The notes under the pieces: generated by a model
Told to the model about the DNA's origin: nothing
The model's input: the letters and a program-made list of their open reading frames with translations, nothing else
Database searches by the model: none
Program-made: the position numbers and the translations under genes
In this document: piece by piece, positions 8,976 to 15,073 of the stretch
Position numbering within the stretch: the stretch's first letter is position 1
Layout: every line of letters starts with the position of its first letter
Origin: a virus
Virus record (IMG/VR): IMGVR_UViG_3300017917_001030
Coordinates: 66,603 to 130,602 of that record
Strand: one strand, 5' to 3'
DNA length: 64,000 nt

Positions 8976-9052
8976 GCTCGGTTCGTCTAGCGGTCCAGGA
9001 CAACGGCCTTTCACGTCGTAGATCACGGGTTCAAATCCCGTACCGAGTACCA
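8976..9052 (+). tRNA. tRNA-Glu(TTC)
   Basis: Cloverleaf; loop CTTTCAC; CCA. Confidence 0.95.
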
Positions 9053-9058
9053 CAAATT

Positions 9059-9143
9059 GGAGGTGTAGGAAAATTGGTAACCCCAGCGGACTGTAAATCC
9101 GCCGCCCCTGGCACTACTTGTTCGACTCAAGTCACCTCCACCA
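9059..9143 (+). tRNA. tRNA-Tyr(GTA)
   Basis: Cloverleaf with long variable arm; loop CTGTAAA; CCA. Confidence 0.93.
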
Positions 9144-9148
9144 TATTA

Positions 9149-9257
9149 AGGATGCGAACAGCAATCTTTTTTAACTTTAAGCCAAACGAGTGGTCCGGTT
9201 CGATTCCGGCTTGTGGTGTAATGGTAGCATACCCGTCAAAAGTAAAAAGGCATCCTG
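9149..9257 (+). ncRNA. Family-A (Y-RNA/YrlA-like) RNA, copy 1, with a permuted T-arm/D-arm tRNA mimic
   Basis: AGGATGC-GAA-CAGCAA...GCATCCTG; internal CCGG-TTCGATT-CCGG followed by TGGTGTAATGGTAGCAT. Confidence 0.7.
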
Positions 9258-9265
9258 TTAATAAT

Positions 9266-9343
9266 GGCTAGGTGGCAGAGTGGTCCAATGCAGCGGATTG
9301 CAAATCCGTAAAGTCGTCAGTTCGAATCTGACTCTAGCTTCCA
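9266..9343 (+). tRNA. tRNA-Cys(GCA)
   Basis: Cloverleaf; loop TTGCAAA; U73; CCA. Confidence 0.93.
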
Positions 9344-9355
9344 ACAAAAAAGTGC

Positions 9356-9383
9356 TTGACTTTTTTAGTACAGGCATTATAAT
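9356..9383 (+). promoter_or_regulatory. Sigma70-type promoter within the tRNA array
   Basis: AAAAAAGTGC-TTGACT-N16-TATAAT. Confidence 0.8.
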
Positions 9384-9534
9384 AAGTACATAAATTAATA
9401 ACACGCCTCGCAGCGTTATTAAACTAGTGTTAGCTCTGCTAATTACTAGCGCAAATATAAACGGTGCATCAACGATGTGCTTTCGGTATCCGCGATAGAG
9501 ATACGGCTAAAGTTCGTAATGCCAAAAGTATTTA

Positions 9535-9609
9535 GGTCTCAAAGTGTTCATGGACGCACGCAAGCCTGTCACGCTTGAAGAAGGGGATCGTTACCCCTTG
9601 GGACCGCCA
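9535..9609 (+). tRNA. tRNA-Asp(GTC)
   Basis: Cloverleaf; loop CTGTCAC; G73; CCA; T-loop ATCGTTA. Confidence 0.92.
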
Positions 9610-9611
9610 AG

Positions 9612-9727
9612 ATTTAGTAAGTGCTGTTTACAGCAACCGTGTCACAAGTCTAGGGTTGAGGCTCTAGTTTAGTATGTTTACATACACCGTGTTGCAAGTG
9701 AAGGGTTGAGGCTCTTCCTTACTAAAT
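9612..9727 (+). ncRNA. Structured RNA with two tandem covarying 50-nt units
   Basis: ATTTAGTAAG/CTTACTAAAT closing stem; repeated hairpin-ACCGTGT-CAAGT-hairpin unit. Confidence 0.6.
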
Positions 9728-9748
9728 ATTTTTATCTCAAAGTTTTAT

Positions 9749-9823
9749 TCCGGAGTAGCACAGCGGTAGTGCAGTTGACTGTTAATCAATTGGTCGTAGG
9801 TTCGATCCCTGCCTCCGGAGCCA
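9749..9823 (+). tRNA. tRNA-Asn(GTT)
   Basis: Cloverleaf; loop CTGTTAA; CCA. Confidence 0.95.
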
Positions 9824-9828
9824 GTTAT

Positions 9829-9904
9829 GCGGGTGTAATTCAGTTGGTAGAATGCTTCCTTGCCAAGGAAGATGTCGAGAGTTCGAGTCTCTTCGCCCGC
9901 TCCA
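9829..9904 (+). tRNA. tRNA-Gly(GCC)
   Basis: Cloverleaf; loop TTGCCAA; U73; CCA. Confidence 0.95.
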
Positions 9905-9909
9905 GTTTT

Positions 9910-9969
9910 AGGATAGTAACAGCAATCAAAAAGCATACATTTGTAACTGTAAAAGCAAACTCTATCCTG
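9910..9969 (+). ncRNA. Family-A RNA, copy 2 (short)
   Basis: AGGATAG-TAA-CAGCAA...CTATCCTG. Confidence 0.65.
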
Positions 9970-9979
9970 TTATTTTTTA

Positions 9980-10056
9980 GCCCCGGTGACGGAATTGGTA
10001 TACGTGTTGGTCTTAGAAACCAAATTTTAGGAGTTCGAGTCTCCTCTGGGGCACCA
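9980..10056 (+). tRNA. tRNA-Leu(TAG), short variable arm
   Basis: Cloverleaf; loop CTTAGAA; A73; CCA. Confidence 0.9.
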
Positions 10057-10059
10057 AGT

Positions 10060-10226
10060 TTTGTAAGTGTAGATGTTGAGAAAGCATGTATAGGCATATA
10101 TGTGTGAGGCGGATATGAAACCCCGACAAGTAACAACTAGTACTACGTACCTCTAACCAGTCCGCGGCTTATCTAGAAAATACTGGTAAAATGGTTCCGA
10201 ATGAGGGAGGCGGAACTACTTACAAA
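10060..10226 (+). ncRNA. Putative structured RNA of about 167 nt
   Basis: TTTGTAAGT/ACTTACAAA closing stem directly after a tRNA CCA; no credible ORF. Confidence 0.4.
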
Positions 10227-10274
10227 TTCATTCTCGCTTTGACTTATGGCGTACAATAGGATAAATTATAAGTC

Positions 10275-10342
10275 ATTTTTAAAGTACATTATGAAAAGAA
10301 TTCCGAGATAAATCGGTAGGTAACATAGTGTATTTTAAAAAT
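10275..10342 (+). ncRNA. Family-B long-stem spacer RNA, divergent copy
   Basis: ATTTTTAAAGTACATTATG...CATAGTGTATTTTAAAAAT stem. Confidence 0.45.
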
Positions 10343-10343
10343 T

Positions 10344-10419
10344 GGGGCCATAGCTCATCTGGGAGAGCGCCTGTTTTGCAAGCAGGAGGCGGTCGGTTCG
10401 AGTCCGACTGGTTCCACCA
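10344..10419 (+). tRNA. tRNA-Ala(TGC)
   Basis: Cloverleaf; loop TTTGCAA; G3:U70; CCA. Confidence 0.95.
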
Positions 10420-10423
10420 AATT

Positions 10424-10498
10424 GCCTGGATAGCTCAGGGGTAGAGCGTCTCCCTTACAAGGAGAGGGTCCGCGGTTCGAAACCGTGTCCAGGTACCA
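10424..10498 (+). tRNA. tRNA-Val(TAC)
   Basis: Cloverleaf; loop CTTACAA; CCA. Confidence 0.95.
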
Positions 10499-10503
10499 AT
10501 CAT

Positions 10504-10580
10504 CGGGGTGTAGCGCAGCCTGGTAGCGCATCTGCTTTGGGAGCAGGAGGTCGTGAGTTCGAGTCCCACCACCCCGACCA
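10504..10580 (+). tRNA. tRNA-Pro(TGG)
   Basis: Cloverleaf; loop TTTGGGA; CCA. Confidence 0.95.
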
Positions 10581-10595
10581 TCATAAGGAAATGCT

Positions 10596-10862
10596 ATGTC
10601 ATATGTACCATTGAGAGATAAAGTTCTGTTGGAAGAAACAGAAAAAGCTACAGTCACAGAAAGCGGAATTTATTTAGGTGACGCTCGTGCAGATAACAAT
10701 ACACGACCAGGTCGTGTTCTTGCAGTAGGTCCAGAAGTGTCCGAAATCAAAGCAGGAGATATTGTTTACGTGATGTGGCAAAAATCTCATATCATCAAAG
10801 AAGGCGATAAATTGCTTGCAATCGTAGGCATAGATGATATAATTGCAGTATTAGAAGATTAA
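10596..10862 (+). CDS. groES: Co-chaperonin GroES (Cpn10)
   Basis: PLRDKVL...TESGIYL...GRVLAVGP...DIIAVLE matches the GroES pattern; TAAGGA ribosome-binding site. Confidence 0.88.
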   Translation: MSYVPLRDKVLLEETEKATVTESGIYLGDARADNNTRPGRVLAVGPEVSEIKAGDIVYVMWQKSHIIKEGDKLLAIVGIDDIIAVLED

Positions 10863-10863
10863 T

Positions 10864-10940
10864 GTGACCATAGCTCAGTAGGATAGAGCATCTGCCTTCT
10901 AAGCAGACGGTCGGGGGTTCGAATCCCTCTGGTCACGCCA
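10864..10940 (+). tRNA. tRNA-Arg(TCT)
   Basis: Cloverleaf; loop CTTCTAA; CCA. Confidence 0.95.
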
Positions 10941-10945
10941 GTTTT

Positions 10946-11009
10946 AGGATAGTAACAGCAACCACAATTTACACTAGACTTATAATCTAACCAGTAAAAT
11001 TCTATCCTG
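10946..11009 (+). ncRNA. Family-A RNA, copy 3, carrying an anticodon-stem-loop-like hairpin (TAGA-CTTATAA-TCTA)
   Basis: AGGATAG-TAA-CAGCAA...CTATCCTG. Confidence 0.65.
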
Positions 11010-11013
11010 TTAT

Positions 11014-11089
11014 TCCCTCTTCGCCAAGTTGGTAAGGCATCGGATTTTGATTCCGACATTCGGTGGTTCGAGTCCATCAGGGGGAGCCA
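11014..11089 (+). tRNA. tRNA-Gln(TTG)
   Basis: Cloverleaf; loop TTTTGAT; CCA. Confidence 0.93.
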
Positions 11090-11095
11090 ATTAGT

Positions 11096-11174
11096 TGGGG
11101 CGTAGTGTACTCTGGTATTAGCACACTGGTCTTTGAAACCAGTAGATTGGGTTCGATTCCCGACGCCCTTACCA
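11096..11174 (+). tRNA. tRNA-Gln(TTG), second divergent copy with U1:U72 mismatch
   Basis: Cloverleaf; loop CTTTGAA; CCA. Confidence 0.85.
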
Positions 11175-11280
11175 TATTATTTTTAAACGGAGAACGACAT
11201 GAAACGAGGTAAACTCTAGTGTCATCCCAGGTCCCGTATTGGTCTTGGATGGCACGTAAAATCAATTTAATTACGACCAT

Positions 11281-11357
11281 CCCTTGCTGGCGTCAACGGT
11301 TAGCGTACCGGACTCTTAATCCGCGAGGTCTCAGTTCGAATCTGAGGCAAGGGACCA
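11281..11357 (+). tRNA. tRNA-Lys(CTT)
   Basis: Cloverleaf; loop CTCTTAA; CCA. Confidence 0.92.
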
Positions 11358-11361
11358 ATAT

Positions 11362-11436
11362 GGGATTGAAGCTTTAAGGTGAAGCAACGGACTTTTAATC
11401 CGTAGAACTGGGATCGTCGGCCCAGCAGTCCTACCA
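11362..11436 (+). tRNA. tRNA-Lys(TTT), atypical 8-nt T-loop
   Basis: Cloverleaf; loop CTTTTAA; T-loop ATCGTCGG; CCA. Confidence 0.85.
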
Positions 11437-11523
11437 TATAAAAACACATTAAACGCCCACCCATCGTGGTTGATGGCCGGTAGTTGCGTCTCTAACCAAG
11501 CCGCTTCATAGTGTGTTTCTATA
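11437..11523 (+). ncRNA. Family-B long-stem spacer RNA, copy 2
   Basis: Same 15-nt arms as 8896-8967 with a different interior. Confidence 0.55.
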
Positions 11524-11615
11524 TGGTAGTTTAACTCCGTGGTTAACTCCGCCAGGCCGATACGCTCTATAGAGCGTGTCGAAGCAAGGAGCTACCATAA
11601 CCTAAAAAGATAAAA

Positions 11616-11807
11616 ATGTATATTTCACAAATAGCAAGAATCAACGATCATTATATGGGTCGTGATCGAGAAAAAGTTTATGTTACTTTGAAAGATGAAA
11701 ACGGAGCTACTTATACCAGATATGAGCAGTACCTTTTCACGCCTTACAACAAGCAAGGTAAACTAGAAGAATTACAAAAAGGTAATACCATAGATTTAAA
11801 AGCTTAG
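11616..11807 (+). CDS. Hypothetical protein, 63 aa
   Basis: ORF filling a gap in the tRNA array. Confidence 0.6.
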   Translation: MYISQIARINDHYMGRDREKVYVTLKDENGATYTRYEQYLFTPYNKQGKLEELQKGNTIDLKA

Positions 11808-11882
11808 CGGTCCTTAGTTCAATGGATAGAATGCCATGCTTCGAACTTGGAGATGTGGGTTCGATTCCTGCAGGACCGGCCA
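11808..11882 (+). tRNA. tRNA-Arg(TCG)
   Basis: Cloverleaf; loop CTTCGAA; CCA. Confidence 0.88.
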
Positions 11883-11886
11883 ATTT

Positions 11887-11962
11887 GCCCTGGTGACGGA
11901 ACGGTATACGTGTCGGATTCAAAATCCGAATTCTGAGAGTTCGAATCTCTCCTGGGGCACCA
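11887..11962 (+). tRNA. tRNA-Leu(CAA), short variable arm
   Basis: Cloverleaf; loop TTCAAAA; A73; CCA; paralog of 9980-10056. Confidence 0.9.
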
Positions 11963-11964
11963 AT

Positions 11965-12040
11965 GGTATTCTTAGTGTAGTGGTCTGCACACGACGTTGT
12001 GACCGTCGTAGTATGAGTTCGATCCTCATAGAATACCCCA
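11965..12040 (+). tRNA. tRNA-His(GTG)
   Basis: G-1:C73 pair; loop TTGTGAC; CCA. Confidence 0.93.
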
Positions 12041-12049
12041 AACAATTAT

Positions 12050-12125
<76 letters not shown>

Positions 12126-12130
12126 AATAT

Positions 12131-12220
12131 GGAAGCGTGGTAGAGTGGTCTAATACGTCAGCCTTGAAAACTGAAGATTCTTAATCGGGTCCGTGAGTTC
12201 GAATCTCACCGCTTCCACCA
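12131..12220 (+). tRNA. tRNA-Ser(TGA)
   Basis: Long variable arm; loop CTTGAAA; CCA. Confidence 0.93.
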
Positions 12221-12322
12221 GTATTCTTGCAAGAAGAAAACACTGCGCCCTGAGCCTCACCGGGCGGTATGTCAGTTACAAAACAGTAGGGTAAGAGTCC
12301 CAAGGAGAGGCACGAATACAAT

Positions 12323-12413
12323 AGTGAGATGCGAGAGTTGGTCTAATCGGCCTCCCTGGAAAGGAGTGCATCGTGCAAACGGTACTAGGGTTCGAATCCC
12401 TATCTCACTGCCA
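12323..12413 (+). tRNA. tRNA-Ser(GGA)
   Basis: Long variable arm; loop CTGGAAA; CCA. Confidence 0.9.
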
Positions 12414-12415
12414 AC

Positions 12416-12503
12416 GGAAGATTAACTGAGTAGGACTCAGCACTGATTCGAAACCAGTTGGACTCAGAAATGGGTTGGGGATCGAGACCTCAGTCTTCCA
12501 CCA
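12416..12503 (+). tRNA. tRNA-Ser(CGA) with a tRNA-Sec-like extended D-stem
   Basis: GGAAGAT/GTCTTCC acceptor stem; CTGAG/CTCAG D-stem; loop TTCGAAA; long variable arm; CCA. Confidence 0.8.
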
Positions 12504-12505
12504 GG

Positions 12506-12534
12506 TTGACACTAAAATCAAAAGATGTTATAAT
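12506..12534 (+). promoter_or_regulatory. Sigma70 promoter
   Basis: TTGACA-N17-TATAAT with an extended -10 TG. Confidence 0.9.
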
Positions 12535-12554
12535 TAATTTTTAAGGAGTTAAAG

Positions 12555-13076
12555 ATGCCAGCAGTATTCATTGTTAGTGATACGCACTTCGGGCATGCTG
12601 GTGTCTGCAAATTCTTACGTGAAGATGGCACCAAGCTTAGACCATGGGACTCACCTGAAGAAATGGATGAGGCAATGGTTAAGGCCTGGAACGAAACAGT
12701 TAGACCTAATGATAAAGTTTATCACCTCGGCGACGTAGTTATTAATCGCAAAGCTCTACACATTCTTGGTAGACTGAATGGTGATAAAGTTCTTATCAAA
12801 GGCAACCATGATATTTTTAAGTTAGAGGATTATACTCAATACTTCAGAGATATTCGTGCATATCATGTAATGAACAACTACATTCTTTCCCACATTCCTG
12901 TTCACGCATCGTCAAAGGGAAGGTTTGCAGGTAACATTCATGGGCACCTACACTCTAACAAAGTAATGACTATGGACGGTAACTTTGTTGATCCATGGTA
13001 TCAGTGTGTTTGTGTAGAGCAAACTGATTTTAGGCCTATTACATTTGAAAATGTATTGAAACGATTTGAAAAATAA
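12555..13076 (+). CDS. Calcineurin-like metallophosphoesterase
   Basis: SDTHFGH, HLGD, KGNHD, SHIP and HGHLH motifs. Confidence 0.92.
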   Translation: MPAVFIVSDTHFGHAGVCKFLREDGTKLRPWDSPEEMDEAMVKAWNETVRPNDKVYHLGDVVINRKALHILGRLNGDKVLIKGNHDIFKLEDYTQYFRDIRAYHVMNNYILSHIPVHASSKGRFAGNIHGHLHSNKVMTMDGNFVDPWYQCVCVEQTDFRPITFENVLKRFEK

Positions 13077-13166
13077 GGAAGACGGGCAGGACGGTAATGC
13101 AGCGGATTGCTAATCCGTAGACCGTAGTAATACGGTCAGTGGGTTCGACTCCCACGTCTTCCACCA
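13077..13166 (+). tRNA. tRNA-Ser(GCT)
   Basis: Long variable arm; loop TTGCTAA; CCA. Confidence 0.93.
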
Positions 13167-13171
13167 GTTTT

Positions 13172-13285
13172 AGGATACTTGCAGCAAATTCACAGCAATG
13201 AAAGCCGTGTGTTTTAGGTTCGATTCCTAAATTCCCCGTTAGGAGAATTAGCTCAATTGGTAGAGCAACGAAAAAGAGTATCCTG
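13172..13285 (+). ncRNA. Family-A (YrlA-like) RNA, copy 4: circularly permuted tRNA mimic
   Basis: AGGATAC-TTG-CAGCAA...GTATCCTG; T-arm 13214-13230, loop-closed acceptor stem 13231-13248, TA plus D-arm 13249-13266. Confidence 0.8.
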
Positions 13286-13293
13286 TTATTTTT

Positions 13294-13385
13294 GCCAGCG
13301 AGACTGGGTAGTCAGAGAGGTCTTATAAACCTTTTAGCGCCAGATTAGCGTTCTTGAGAGTGTTCGAGTCACTCCGCTGGTACCA
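13294..13385 (+). tRNA. Atypical tRNA with TAT anticodon (Ile?), long variable arm and minimal D-loop
   Basis: GCCAGCG/CGCTGGT acceptor stem; GACT-GGGT-AGTC D-arm; loop CTTATAA; TTCGAGT T-loop; ACCA end. Confidence 0.75.
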
Positions 13386-13389
13386 TTTT

Positions 13390-13464
13390 GGTGATATGAC
13401 GTAGACGGATGCGTAGCGGTTTCATAAGCCGACGAGGTTGGATCGTTACCAACTATCACCACCA
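13390..13464 (+). tRNA. tRNA-Met(CAT), elongator or Ile2
   Basis: Cloverleaf; loop TTCATAA; T-loop ATCGTTA; CCA. Confidence 0.85.
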
Positions 13465-13472
13465 TATATAAT

Positions 13473-13549
13473 GCGTCCTTAGCATAACTGGAGAATGCAC
13501 TGGTTTACGAAGCCAGGGGATGGGAGTTCGAATCTCTTGGGACGCACCA
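13473..13549 (+). tRNA. tRNA-Arg(ACG)
   Basis: Cloverleaf; loop TTACGAA; CCA. Confidence 0.93.
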
Positions 13550-13555
13550 TATAAA

Positions 13556-13629
13556 GCTCCTATAGTTAAGTGGTATAACGTATCCTTGGTAAGGATAAAT
13601 TCTGAGTTCAATTCTCGGTGGGAGCACCA
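13556..13629 (+). tRNA. tRNA-Thr(GGT)
   Basis: Cloverleaf; loop TTGGTAA; CCA. Confidence 0.93.
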
Positions 13630-13644
13630 ACAAAGGAGTTACTT

Positions 13645-13824
13645 ATGAGCGGCAAAGGTTCCAAACCAAGACCATTCAGTGTAGATAGTGATACCTACAG
13701 TAATAATTGGAATGCAATTTTCGGTAAGAAAAAAGACAATACTGGTACAGATAAGAATGAATATTATGATGTACTAAGTACAGAAGAATCATTAACAGAA
13801 AACGAAAAAGATAAAACAGAATAA
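13645..13824 (+). CDS. Small hypothetical protein (MSGKGSKPRPFSV...WNAIFGKK)
   Basis: AAGGAG ribosome-binding site before ATG 13645. Confidence 0.75.
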   Translation: MSGKGSKPRPFSVDSDTYSNNWNAIFGKKKDNTGTDKNEYYDVLSTEESLTENEKDKTE

Positions 13825-13828
13825 TTAT

Positions 13829-13902
13829 GCATCCCTGATGTAATGGCAGCATGACGGTCTCCAAAACCGTTCGTCGGGGTTCGAGTCCCTGGGGGTGTGC
13901 CA
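13829..13902 (+). tRNA. tRNA-Trp(CCA)
   Basis: Cloverleaf; loop CTCCAAA; CCA. Confidence 0.93.
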
Positions 13903-13982
13903 ATATTCGTGAGCAGGTTTAATTTCGATCTCAGCGGCCCTGACGATCAAAAATTAAAACCTTTTTATTAATACCCTGACGG

Positions 13983-14011
13983 TTGACAGAGTCATTGAAA
14001 GACATTATAAT
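13983..14011 (+). promoter_or_regulatory. Sigma70 promoter
   Basis: TTGACA-N17-TATAAT. Confidence 0.88.
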
Positions 14012-14031
14012 AATGGTATAGTAAGTTAAAT

Positions 14032-14109
14032 GCGGGTAGACAGGACAAGGGGCGTCCAGCAGCCTTCCAAGCTGAAGATCGCGGAGTTCGACTCTCCCTA
14101 CCCGCTCCA
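14032..14109 (+). tRNA. tRNA-Gly(TCC), apparent 8/4 fold
   Basis: GCGGGTAG/CTACCCGC acceptor stem; GGAG/CTCC T-stem; loop CTTCCAA; U73; CCA. Confidence 0.85.
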
Positions 14110-14127
14110 ATTTTGTTAGGTGGTACT

Positions 14128-14607
14128 ATGAGAAAGCAAATTAACATCGAAGAAATCAAGTCGTTTATCGACGCCCAGAGTCCCGAAACCAAAATTTACA
14201 TTGGTGCGGATTCAGAACGTTACAAACGTGATGGTGTTTGGTATGCCGACTATACTCTTGCTGTTGTAGTACACATCGACGGTCGTCATGGTTGTAAGAT
14301 TTTCGGTGAAGTTCAAACCGAAATCGACTATGACAAAAAGAACAGTCGCCCTGCAATGCGACTAATGAACGAAGTTTACAAAGTATCAGAACTATATCAC
14401 AAGCTTGTTGATGTTGTTGGTGATCGAGAAGTCCAAATACATCTTGACATCAACCCGCAAGAATGTTATAATAGTTCAATAGTAATTCAACAAGCCGTAG
14501 GTTATATCAAAGGAACTTGTAACATTATTCCGATGGTTAAACCGAAAGCTTTTGCAGCAAGCTATGCCGCAGACCGACTAAAGGAAGTCTTGGCGCTTGC
14601 AGCTTGA
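14128..14607 (+). CDS. RNase H-like YkuK-family protein
   Basis: IYIGADS, RLMNEV, IHLDIN and KPKAFAASYAAD motifs. Confidence 0.85.
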   Translation: MRKQINIEEIKSFIDAQSPETKIYIGADSERYKRDGVWYADYTLAVVVHIDGRHGCKIFGEVQTEIDYDKKNSRPAMRLMNEVYKVSELYHKLVDVVGDREVQIHLDINPQECYNSSIVIQQAVGYIKGTCNIIPMVKPKAFAASYAADRLKEVLALAA

Positions 14608-14613
14608 GAATAA

Positions 14614-14688
14614 GCCGAAGTAGCACAACGGTAGTGCAGCGCTCTTGTAAAGCGAAGGTTGAGGGTTCGATTCCTTTCTTCGGCACCA
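14614..14688 (+). tRNA. tRNA-Thr(TGT)
   Basis: Cloverleaf; loop CTTGTAA; CCA. Confidence 0.94.
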
Positions 14689-14694
14689 GTTATT

Positions 14695-14921
14695 AGGATG
14701 AGTACAGCAGTCACAAAACGAAAATAAAGTACTGCCCATTCACGGAGGACCACCGTAAGGTGTAATTTTATGGGCTATGGGGCATACCTGAAATAAAATA
14801 GCGATGCTGGTTAACCAGATAGACTAACATACTCGAATGTATGTTTGATTTCAGTGGGGAATTCGCCCGAAAGGGAGCACTGGGGTTCAAGAACCAAGTT
14901 AATACTAACCCGACCATCCTG
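14695..14921 (+). ncRNA. Family-A RNA, copy 5 (long, 227 nt, multi-hairpin cargo)
   Basis: AGGATGA-GTA-CAGCAG...CATCCTG. Confidence 0.55.
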
Positions 14922-14932
14922 CTTATATTATT

Positions 14933-15029
14933 AGAATAGGTTCAGCAAACATCTAGCGGTGTAATACCCGCATTATAGGAAGGTGAGTTTCGAGTTTTCA
15001 CCATAATCAAAAAGTAGAAAACTATTCTG
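14933..15029 (+). ncRNA. Family-A RNA, copy 6, directly upstream of the Ro60-like gene
   Basis: AGAATAG-GTT-CAGCAA...CTATTCTG (compensatory change); internal hairpin with a TTCGAGT-containing loop. Confidence 0.65.
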
Positions 15030-15073
15030 ATGTATAGGTTAAAATAAATCATAACCTGAAAGTGAGAAAAAAT

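Noticed and set aside
11461-11510. CTCTAAC as a possible amber-suppressor anticodon loop
   Set aside because: No flanking anticodon stem, T-arm or acceptor stem can be formed
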